A DNA stretch of 64,000 nt, taken from the NCBI RefSeq assembly GCF_009914755.1, contig NC_060948.1; one strand, written 5' to 3'. The DNA comes from the human T2T-CHM13v2.0 reference genome, Homo sapiens. The position numbers were made by a program, and so were the translations under genes. The notes under the pieces were generated by a model, which did not search any database, was not told the origin of the DNA, and saw nothing but the letters and a program-made list of their open reading frames with translations. Each line of letters starts with the position of its first letter. The stretch's first letter is position 1. Below, piece by piece: positions 1 through 16,171 of this stretch.

Positions 1-1374
1 ATATATAATATATGTTATATATCATATATAGAATATATTATACGGTTAATATACGTATTAAATATAAATTCTACATTATATATATTATATATAATATATC
101 TGTTATATATAATACCCATTATGCATAATATATATATTATGTCTATGTTATATATAGTATAAAACAACATATAATAATATATAATTGTATATATAAAATG
201 CGACATATAATATATATTATATTTTATAACATATGTAATATATATTATATATTATATATAATACGTTGTATGTATAATACCTATATTAAATATATATTAT
301 ACGACTATGTTATTAATTACATGTCACATGTGTTATATATTATATATTTTACATAGAATATACCGGTTACATACAGTATATACTATGTTACCTATAATGT
401 ATAATTTAATACATGTAAAATAAAGAATGCAGTATATTATGTATAATTTATAATATACCATATGTGGAATGTGATATATATAACATATAATATATGATAT
501 ATGATATACACTATATGATATATAACATACAATATATGATTCCTAATATATATGGTATACAATATATATTTTATGATACGTATTCTATATGTTTTATATT
601 CTGTTATATATAACTATTTGAAATTATATATAACTGTATAATATTTTATGTAAATATGTAATATAATATATATAACTATATAATATATTATATATAACTA
701 TATATTATGTTATATATACTTTTACAACATAATTTACATAAATTAGCATAATATAATATATATTATATTATTTCATATTACATAATATATATTACATATC
801 ACCCAATATAACTAACATACATAATATTATAATATAGATTATATTGTGTTATATTAAATATCATATATATCATGTATCATATATTCTATAATATATATTA
901 CACATTATATAAAATGTATGTTGTCTATTATGTGATATATATAACTATATATAATTATATTTTTATACATATAACTAGATAAACATGTAATTCTACATAT
1001 TTTCATTTATAATATGTAGAATTATATAATCATATATAATTATTTATATTCTATAAAAAATTTTATCATTATATAAATTATAATAAATAAAAATTATAAT
1101 ATGTACTACAAATATATATATTATATATCATATATGCTATAGTACCTTTGTTATATATCATAATACATATAAATGTGTATTATGTTATCTATAGTTATAT
1201 AATTTCATATATAAGATGTATAATATGTATCATATATTCTATATGTTATGTAATATATATAGTATATATAAGATGACACAGGATAAATATTATATACTAT
1301 GACATATAAAATATATCAGGTTATATGTTACATATAAGTCATAGCACATAACATGTAATATATATCATATATAA
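1..1374. repeat. AT-rich low-complexity block (partial, left edge)
   Basis: Almost entirely A/T degenerate TATA/CATATA sequence, collinear with the AT-rich block of every other unit. Confidence 0.9.
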
Positions 1375-1666
1375 TTTTTTTTTAGACAGAATCTTGTCCT
1401 GTTGCACAGGGTGGGGTACAATGGCGCCATCTTTGCTCACTGCAACTTCTGCCTCACGGGTCCAAGCGATTGTCCTCCCTCAGCCTCCCAGGAAGCTGGG
1501 ACTACACCACACTGGGACTACACCAGCTGCCACCATGCCTAGCTAATTTTTTGGATTTTTAGTAGTGACAGCGTTTCACTGTATTGGCCAGGATGGTCTT
1601 GATCTCTTCACCTTGTGATCCCCTTGCCTTGGCCTCCAAATTTGCTGGGATTACAGGCCTGAGCCA
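1375..1666 (-). mobile_element. Alu, 5'-truncated, U1
   Basis: T9 tail, then agacag..., ctcagcctcc, gctaattttttggatttttagtag, gctgggattacagg, tgagcca = reverse-complement Alu dimer lacking the first ~12 nt. Confidence 0.92.
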
Positions 1667-2240
1667 AGATCCATATTTTTTAAATGAAAAAAAATTTCAA
1701 AGGTACTCTGCTTGGTACAATAATCAAATGTATAAACTGAGGAATAAAACATAACCATGAAACCTACTTATAACTGCATATGGAAAATACAGAGGATAAT
1801 TTTTTAAATAACATATTTTGAAAGCCTTAACTAGTAATTTGAAGAGCTGGCATTTGAAAGGCCAGTATGAATATACCTTCAAAGCAGCAACACAGGTTCC
1901 CCATGAGAAAAAGCAAACACAGGGAAAATAAAAACACAAAGGTTCAATCTCTTCTGACCTTTGAAAGACACAGCACAGACAGTGGTCCTTAGGACGAAGA
2001 GCAGGAGACCCCTAATTCCGTCACCATGGCGATAGGGCATAAACATTGCTGGGTGAGGGCACAATCCACATTGTGAGGTCCAACTGCTGCCAGGAAGACA
2101 GGAGTGCTTTTACATAGACCGAAAGGTCATTGAAGGCTCAGAGTTTTGTTTCAAGAACTGAATCCCAAGCCCACACGTTATTAGGCTGCGCTTCTTAAAA
2201 CAAGTTATGAGATGGGAAAAAGGGCACCCACAAACATACG
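1667..2240. repeat. HSATI-type complex segment of U1 (exemplar; follows every Alu copy)
   Basis: Non-Alu, higher-complexity ~570-bp segment between the Alu and the AT-rich block, near-identical in all 26 units. The name is assigned from known DYZ2 structure and the boundaries are approximate. Confidence 0.75.
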
Positions 2241-4083
<1,843 letters not shown>

Positions 4084-6185
4084 AGATCCATATTTTTTAA
4101 ATGAAAAAAAATTTCAAAGGTACTCTGCTTGGTACAATAATCAAATGTATAAACTGAGGAATAAAACATAACCATGAAACCTACTTATAACTGCATATGG
4201 AAAATACAGAGGATAATTTTTTAAATAACATATTTTGAAAGCCTTAACTAGTAATTTGAAGAGTTGGCATTTGAAAGGCCAGTATGAATATACCTTCAAA
4301 TCAGCAACACAGGTTCCCCATGAGAAAAAGCAAACTCAGGGAAAATAAAACCACAAAGGTTCAATCTCTTCTGACCTTTGAAAGACACAGCACAGACAGT
4401 GGTCCTTAGGACGAAGAGCAGGAGACCCCTAATTCCGTCACCATGGCGATAGGGCATAAACACTGCTGGGTGAGGGCACAATCCACATTGTGAGGTCCAA
4501 CTGCTGCCAGGAAGACAGGAGTGCTTTTACATAGACCGAAAGGTCATTGAAGGCTCAGAGTTTTGTTTCAAGAACTGAATCCCAAGCCCACACGTTATTA
4601 GGCTGCGCTTCTTAAAACAAGTTATGAGATGGGAAAAAGGGCACCCACAAACATACATATACATTATGTATATAATAATATACAGTGTCATATATATAAT
4701 ATATATAACCTATGTATAATATTGTTTTACATCCTACATCTTATGCTATATATATTGTATAAAATATAATAATTGATAATATATAACTTTTATAATTATA
4801 CAATATGACATATAGTATATATTATAATTTATGACATATATAATATATGTTATATATCATATACAGAATATATTATACGGTTAATATACGTATTAAATAT
4901 AAATTATACATTATATATATTATATATAATATATCTGTTATATATAATACCCGTTATGCATAATATATATATTATGTCTATGTTATATATAGTATAAAAC
5001 AACATATAATAATATATAATTGTATATATAAATGCGACATATAATATATATTATATTTTATGACATATGTAATATATATTATATATTATATATAATACGT
5101 TGTATGTATAATACCTATATTAAATATATATTATATGACTATGTTATTAATTACATGTCACATGTGTTATATATTATATATTTTACATAGAATATTCCGG
5201 TTACATACAATATATACCATGTTACCTATAATGTATAATTTATTACATGTAAAATAAAGAATGCAATATATTATGTATAATTTATAATATACAATATGTG
5301 GAATGTGATATATATAACATATAATATATGATATATGATATACAGTATATGATATATAACATACAATATATGATTCCTAATATATATGGTATACAATATA
5401 TATTTTATGATATGTATTCTATATGTTTTATATTCTGTTATATATAACTATTTGAAATTATATATAACTGTATAATATTTTATGTAAATATGTAATATAA
5501 TATATATAACTATATAATATATTATATATAACTATATATTATGTTATATATACTTTTATAACATAATTTACATAAAATATCATAATATAATATATATTAT
5601 ATTATTTCATATTACATAATATATATTACATATCACCCAATATAACTAACATACATAATATTATAATATAGATTATATTATGTTATATTAAATATCATAT
5701 ATATCATGTATCATATATTCTATAATATATATTACACATTATATAAAATGTATGTTGTCTATTATGTGATATATATAACTATATATAATTATATTTTTAT
5801 ACATATAACTAGATAAACATGTAATTCTACATATTTTCATTTATAATATGTAGAATTATATAATCATATATAATTATTTATATTCTATAAAAAATTTTAT
5901 CATTATATAAATTATAATAAATAAAAATTATAATATGTACTACAAATATATATATTATATATCATATATGCTATAGTACCTTTGTTATATATCATAATAC
6001 ATATAAATGTGTATTATGTTATCTATAGTTATATAATTTCATATATAAGATGTATAATATGTATCATATATTCTATATGTTATGTAATATATATAGTATA
6101 TATAAGATGACACAGGATAAATATTATATACTATGACATATAAAATATATCAGGTTATATGTTACATATAAGGCATAGCACATAA

Positions 6186-6500
<315 letters not shown>

Positions 6501-8624
6501 AGATCCATATTTTTTAAATGAAAAAAAATTTCAAAGGTACTCTGCTTGGTACAATAATCAAATGTATAAACTGAGGAATAAAACATAACCATGAAACCTA
6601 CTTATAACTGCATATGGAAAATACAGAGGATAATTTTTTAAATAACATATTTTGAAAGCCTTAACTAGTAATTTGAAGAGCTGGCATTTGAAAGGCCAGT
6701 ATGAATATACCTTCAAAGCAGCAACACAGGTTCCCCATGAGAAAAAGCAAACACAGGGAAAATAAAAACACAAAGGTTCAATCTCTTCTGACCTTTGAAA
6801 GACACAGCACAGACAGTGGTCCTTAGGACGAAGAGCAGGAGACCCCTAATTCCGTCACCATGGCGATAGGGCATAAACATTGCTGGGTGAGGGCACAATC
6901 CACATTGTGAGGTCCAACTGCTGCCAGGAAGACAGGAGTGCTTTTACATAGACCGAAAGGTCATTGAAGGCTCAGAGTTTTGTTTCAAGAACTGAATCCC
7001 AAGCCCACACGTTATTAGGCTGCGCTTCTTAAAACAAGTTATGAGATGGGAAAAAGGGCACCCACAAACATACGTATACATTATGTATATAATAATATAC
7101 AGTGTCATATATATAATATATATAACCTATGTATAATATTGTTTTACATCCTGCATCTTATGTTATATATATTGTATAAAATATAATAATTGATAATATA
7201 TAACTTTTATAATTATACAATATGACATATAGTATATATTATAATTTATGACATATATAATATATGTTATATATCATATACAGAATATATTATACGGTTA
7301 ATATACGTATTAAATATAAATTATACATTATATATATTATATATAATATATCTGTTATATATAATACCCATTATGCATAATATATATATTATGTCTATGT
7401 TATATATAGTATAAAACAACATATAATAATATATAATTGTATATATAAATGCGACATATAATATATATTATATTTTATGACATATGTAATATATATTATA
7501 TATTATATATAATACGTTGTATGTATAATACCTATATTAAATATATATTATATGACTATGTTATTAATTACATGTCACATGTGTTATATATTATATATTT
7601 TACATAGAATATACCGGTTACATACAATATATACCATGTTACCTATAATGTATAATTTATTACATGTAAAATAAAGAATGCAATATATTATGTATAATTT
7701 ATAATATACAATATGTGGAATGTGATATATATAACATATAATATATGATATATGATATACAGTATATGATATATAACATACAATATATGATTCCTAATAT
7801 ATATGGTATACAATATATATTTTATGATATGTATTCTATATGTTTTATATTCTGTTATATATAACTATTTGAAATTATATATAACTGTATATTTTATGTA
7901 AATATGTAATATAATATATATAACTATATAATATATTATATATAACTATACATTATGTTATATATACTTTTATAACATAATTTACATAAAATATCATAAT
8001 ATAATATATATTATATTATTTCATATTACATAATATATATTACATATCACCCAATATAACTAACATACATAATATTATAATATAGATTATATTATGTTAT
8101 ATTAAATATCATATATATCATGTATCATATATTCTATAATATATATTACACATTATATAATATGTATGTTGTCTATTATGTGATATATATAACTATATAT
8201 ATAATTATATTTTTATACATATAACTAGATAAACATGTAATTCTACATATTTTCATTTATAATATGTAGAAGTATATAATCATATATAATTATTTATATT
8301 CTATAAAAAATTTTATCATTATATAAATTATAATATATAAAAATTATAATATGTACTACAAATATATATATTATATATCATATATGATATAGTACCTTTG
8401 TTATATATCATAATACATATAAATGTGTATTATGTTATCTATAATTATATAATTTCATATATAAGATGTATAATATGTATCATATATTATATATGTTATG
8501 TAATATATATAGTATATATAAGATGACACAGGATAAATATTATATACTATGACATATAAAATATATCAGGTTATATGTTACATATAAGGCATAGCACATA
8601 ACATGTTATATATATCATATATAA

Positions 8625-8916
8625 TTTTTTTTTAGACAGAATCTTGTCCTGTTGCACAGGGTGGGGTACAACGGCGCCATCTTTGCTCACTGCAACTTCT
8701 GCCTCACGGGTCCAAGCGATTGTCCTCCCTCAGCCTCCCAGGTAGCTGGGACTACACCACACTGGGACTACACCAGCTGCCACCATGCCTAGCTAATTTT
8801 TTGGATTTTTAGTAGTGACAGCGTTTCACTGTATTGGCCAGGATGGTCTTGATCTCTTCACCTTGTGATCCCCTTGCCTTGGTCTCCAAATTTGCTGGGA
8901 TTACAGGCCTGAGCCA
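8625..8916 (-). mobile_element. Alu copy, U4
   Basis: Same Alu landmarks as U1. Confidence 0.9.
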
Positions 8917-11043
8917 AGATCCATATTTTTTAAATGAAAAAAAATTTCAAAGGTACTCTGCTTGGTACAATAATCAAATGTATAAACTGAGGAATAAAAC
9001 ATAACCATGAAACCTACTTATAACTGCATATGGAAAATACAGAGGATAATTTTTTAAATAACATAGTTTGAAAGCCTTAACTAGTAATTTGAAGAGTTGG
9101 CATTTGAAAGGCCAGTATGAATATACCTTCAAAGCAGCAACACAGGTTCCCCATGAGAAAAAGCAAACACAGGGAAAATAAAAACACAAAGGTTCAATCT
9201 CTTCTGACCTTTGAAAGACACAGCACAGACAGTGGTCCTTAGGACGAAGAGCAGGAGACCCCTAATTCCGTCACCATGGCGATAGGGCATAAACATTGCT
9301 GGGTGAGGGCACAATCCACATTGTGAGGTCCAACTGCTGCCAGGAAGACAGGAGTGCTTTTACGTAGACCGAAAGGTCATTGAAGGCTCAGAGTTTTGTT
9401 TCAAGAACTGAATCCCAAGCCCACACGTTATTAGGCTGCGCTTCTTAAAACAAGTTATGAGATGGGAAAAAGGGCACCCACAAACATACGTATACATTAT
9501 GTATATAATAATATACAGTGTCATATATATAATATATATAACCTATGTATAATATTGTTTTACATCCTGCATCTTATGTTATATATATTGTATAAAATAT
9601 AATAATTGATAATATATAACTTTTATAATTATACAATATGACATATAGTATATATTATAATTTATGACATATATAATATATGTTATATATCATATACAGA
9701 ATATATTATACGGTTAATATACGTATTAAATATAAATTATACATTATATATATTATATATAATATATCTGTTATATATAATACCCATTATGCATAATATA
9801 TATATTATGTCTATGTTATATATAGTATAAAACAACATATAATAATATATAATTGTATATATAAATGCGACATATAATATATATTATATTTTATGACATA
9901 TGTAATATATATTATATATTATATATAATACGTTGTATGTATAATACCTATATTAAATATATATTATATGACTATGTTATTAATTACATGTCACATGTGT
10001 TATATATTATATATTTTACATAGAATATACCGGTTACATACAATATATACCATGTTACCTATAATGTATAATTTATTACATGTAAAATAAAGAATGCAAT
10101 ATATTATGTATAATTTATAATATACAATATGTGGAATGTGATATATATAACATATAATATATGATATATGATATACAGTATATGATATATAACATACAAT
10201 ATATGATTCCTAATATATATGGTATACAATATATATTTTATGATATGTATTCTATATGTTTTATATTCTGTTATATATAACTATTTGAAATTATATATAA
10301 CTGTATAATATTTTATGTAAATATGTAATATAATATATATAACTATATAATATATTATATATAACTATATATTATGTTATATATACTTTTATAACATAAT
10401 TTACATAAAATATCATAATATAAGATATATTATATTATTTCATATTACATAATATATATTACATATCACCCAATATAACTAACATACATAATATTATAAT
10501 ATAGATTATATTATGTTATATTAAATATCATATATATCATGTATCATATATTCTATAATATATATTACACATTATATAATATGTATGTTGTCTATTATGT
10601 GATATATATAACTATATATATAATTATATTTTTATACATATAACTAGATAAACATGTAATTCTACATATTTTCATTTATAATATGTAGAAGTATATAATC
10701 ATATATAATTATTTATATTCTATAAAAAATTTTATCATTATATAAATTATAATATATAAAAATTATAATATGTACTACAAATATATATATTATATATCAT
10801 ATATGATATAGTACCTTTGTTATATATCATAATACATATAAATGTGTATTATGTTATCTATAATTATATAATTTCATATATAAGATGTATAATATGTATC
10901 ATATATTATATACGTTATGTAATATATATAGTATATATAAGATGACACAGGATAAATATTATATACTATGACATATAAAATATATCAGGTTATATGTTAC
11001 ATATAACGCATAGCACATAACATGTAATATATATCATATATAA

Positions 11044-11335
11044 TTTTTTTTTAGACAGAATCTTGTCCTGTTGCACAGGGTGGGGTACAATGGCGCCATC
11101 TTTGCTCACTACAACTTCTGCCTCACGGGTCCAAGCGATTGTCCTCCCTCAGCCTCCCAGGTAGCTGGGACTACACCACACTGGGACTACACCAGCTGCC
11201 ACCATGCCTAGCTAATTATTTGGATTTTTAGTAGTGACAGCGTTTCACTGTATTGGCCAGGATGGTCTTGATCTCTTCACCTTGTGATCCCCTTGACTTG
11301 GCCTCCAAATTTGCTGGGATTACAGGCCTGAGCCA
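11044..11335 (-). mobile_element. Alu copy, U5
   Basis: Same Alu landmarks as U1. Confidence 0.9.
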
Positions 11336-13463
11336 AGATCCATATTTTTTAAATGAAAAAAAATTTCAAAGGTACTCTGCTTGGTACAATAATCAAATGT
11401 ATAAACTGAGGAATAAAACATAACCATGAAACTTACTTATAACTGCATATGGAAAATACAGAGGATAATTTTTTAAATAACATATTTTGAAAGCCTTAAC
11501 TAGTAATTTGAAGAGCTGGCATTTGAAAGGCCAGTATGAATATACCTTCAAAGCAGCAACACAGGTTCCCCATGAGAAAAAGCAAACACAGGGAAAATAA
11601 AAACACAAAGGTTCAATCTCTTCTGACATTTGAAAGACACAGCACAGACAGTGATCCTTAGGACGAAGAGCAGGAGACCCCTAATTCCGTCACCATGGCG
11701 ATAGGGCATAAACATTGCTGGGTGAGGGCACAATCCACATTGTGAGCTCCAACTGCTGCCAGGAAGACAGGAGTGCTTTTACATAGACCGAAAGGTCATT
11801 GAAGGCTCAGAGTTTTGTTTCAAGAACTGAATCCCAAGCCCACACGTTATTAGGCTGCGCTTCTTAAAACAAGTTATGAGATGGGAAAAAGGGCACCCAC
11901 AAACATACGTATACATTATGTATATAATAATATACAGTATCATATATAAAATATGTATAACCAATGTATAATATTGTTTTACATGCTGCATCTTATATTA
12001 TATATATTGTATAAAATATAATAATTGATAATATATAAGTTTTATATTTATACAATATGACATATAGTATATATTATACTTTATGACATATATAATATAT
12101 GTTATATATCATATATAGAATATATTATACGGTTAATATACGTATTAAATATAAATTATACGTTATATATATTATATAAAATATATCTGTTATATATAAT
12201 ACCCATTATGCATAATATATATATTATGTCTATGTTATATATAGTATAAAACAACATATAATAATATATAATTGTATATATAAAATGCGACATATAATAT
12301 ATATTATATTTTATGACATATGTAATATATATTATATATTATATATAATACGTTGTATGTATAATACCTATATTAAATATATATTATATGACTATGTTAT
12401 TAATTACATGTCACATATGTTATATATTATATATTTTATATAGAATATACCGGTTACATACAATATATACTATGTTACCTATAATGTATAATTGATTACA
12501 TGTAAAATAAAGAATGCAATATATTATGTATAATTTATAATATACAATATGTGGAATGTGATATATATAACATATAATATATGATATATGATATACAGTA
12601 TATGATATATAACATACAATATATGATACCTAATATATATGGTATACAATATATATTTTAAGTTATGTATTCTATATGTTTTATATTCTGTTATATATAA
12701 CTATTTGAAATTATATATAACTGTATAATATTTTATGTAAATATGTAATATAATATATATAACTATATAATATATTATATATAACTATATATTATGTTAT
12801 ATATAGTTTTATAACATAATTTACATAAAATGTCATAATATAATATATATTATATTATTTCACATTACATAATATATATTACATATCACCCAATATAAGT
12901 AACATACATAATATTATAATATAGATTATATTATGTTATATTAAATATCATATATATCATGTATCATATATTCTATAATATATATTACACATTATATAAT
13001 ATGTATGTTGTCTATTTTGTGATATATAAAACTATATATATAATTATATTATTATACATATAACTAGATAAACATGTAATTATACATATTTTCATTTGTA
13101 ATATATAGAATTATATAATCATATATAATTATTTATATTCTATAAAAAATTATATCATTATATAAATTATAATATAAAAAAATTATAATATGTACTACAA
13201 ATATATATATTATATATCATATATGATATAGTACCTTTGTTATATATCATAATACATATAAATGTGTATTATGTTATCTATAATTATATAATTTCATATG
13301 TAAGATGTATAATATGTATTATATATTCTCTATGTTATGTAATATATATAGTATATGTAAGCTGACACAGGATAAATATTATATACTATGACATATAAAA
13401 TATATGAGGTTATATGTTACATATAAGGCATAGCACATAACATGTAATATATATCATATATAA

Positions 13464-13755
<292 letters not shown>

Positions 13756-15850
13756 AGATCCATATTTTGTAAATGAAAAAAAATTTCAAACGTACTCTGC
13801 TTGGTACAATAATGAAATGTATAAACTGAGGAATAAAACATAACCATGAAACCTACTTATAACTGCATATGGAAAATACAGAGGATAATTTTTTAAATAA
13901 CATATTTTGAAAGCCTTAACTAGTAATTTGAAGAGTTGGCATTTGAAAGGCCAGTATGAATATACCTTCAAAGCAGCAACACAGGTTCACCATGAGAAAC
14001 AGCAAACTCAGGGAAAATAAAACCACAAAGGTTCAAGCTCTTCTGACCTTTGAAAGACACAGCACAGACAGTGGTCCTTAGGACGAAGAGCAGGAGACCC
14101 CTAATTCCGTCACCATGGCGATAGGGCATAAACATTGCTGGGTGAGGGCACAATCCACATTGTGAGGTCCAACTGCTGCCAGGAAGACAGGAGTGCTTTT
14201 ACATAGACCGAAAGGTCATTGAAGGCTCAGAGTTTTGTTTCAAGAACTGAATCCCAAGCCCACACGTTATTAGGCTGCGCTTCTTAAAACAAGTTATGAG
14301 ATGGGAAAAAGGGCACCCACAAACATACGTATACATTATGTATATAATAATATACAGTATCATATATATAATATATATAACCTATGTATAATATTGTTTT
14401 ACATCCTGCATCTTATATAATATATATTGTCTAAAATATAATAATTGATAATATATAAGTTTTATATTTATACAATATAACATATAGTATATATTATAAT
14501 TTATGACATATATAATATATGTTATATATCATATATAGAATATATTATACGGTTAATATACGTATTAAATATAAATTATACATTATATATATTATATATA
14601 ATATATCTTTTATATATAATACCTATTATGCATAATATGTATATTATGTCTATGTTATATATAGTATAAAACAACATATAATAATATATAATTGTATATA
14701 TAAAATGCGACATATAATATATATTATATTTTATGACATATGTAATATATATTATATATTATATATAATACGTTGTATGTATAATACCTATATTAAATAT
14801 ATATTATATGACTATGTTATTAATTACATGTCACATGTGTTATATATTATATATTTTACATAGAATATACCGGTTACATACAATATATACTATGTTACCT
14901 ATAATGTATAATTGATTACATGTAAAATAAGGAATGCAATATATTATGTATAATTTATAATATACAATATGTGGAATGTTATATATATAACATATAATAT
15001 ATGATATATGATATACAGTATATGATATGTAACATAAAATATATGATACCTAGTATATATGGTATACAATATATATTTTATGATATGTATTCTATATGTT
15101 TTATATTCTGTTATATATAACTATTTGAAATTATATATAACTGTATAATATTTTATGTAAATATGTAATATAATATATATAACTATATAATATATTATAT
15201 ATAACTATATATTATGTTATATATACTTTTATATCATAATTTACATAAAATGTCATAATATAATATATATTATATTATTTCATATTACATAATATATATT
15301 ACATATCACCCAATATAAGTAACATGCATAATATTATAATATAGATTATATTATGTTATGTTAAATATCATATATATCATGTATCATATATTCTATAATA
15401 TATATTATACATTATATAATATGTATGTTGATTATTATGTGATATATATAACTATATATTATTATATTATTATACATATAACTAGATAAACATGTAATTC
15501 TACATATTTTCATTTATAATATATAGAATAATATAATCATATATAATTATTTATATTCTATAAAAAATTATATCATTATATAAATTATAATATAAAAAAA
15601 TATAATATGTACTACAAATATATATATTATATATCATATATGATATAGTACCTTTGTTATATATCATAATACATATAAATGTGTAGTATGTTATCTATAA
15701 TTATATAATTTCATATATAAGATGTATAATATGTATTATATATTGTATATGTTATGTAATATATATAGTATATATAAGCTGACACAGGATAAATATTATA
15801 TACTAGGACATATAAAATATATGAGGTTATATGTTACATATAAGGCATAG

Positions 15851-16171
<321 letters not shown>

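Noticed and set aside
1-1374. Plasmodium-like or organellar AT-rich DNA
   Set aside because: The AT-rich block is an integral part of an Alu-containing tandem unit.
1743-1748. AATAAA and numerous TATA-like motifs
   Set aside because: Expected by chance at this AT content, with no associated gene.
1724-1939. 71-aa ORF MCFYFPCV...
   Set aside because: Lost in about half of the units through start-codon or stop-creating SNPs, and no homology is recognisable.
1879-2064. 61-aa ORF MCPHPAMF... present in essentially all units
   Set aside because: Conservation simply reflects near-identical repeats. There is no recognisable domain, many variants change amino acids, and there is no evidence of gene structure.
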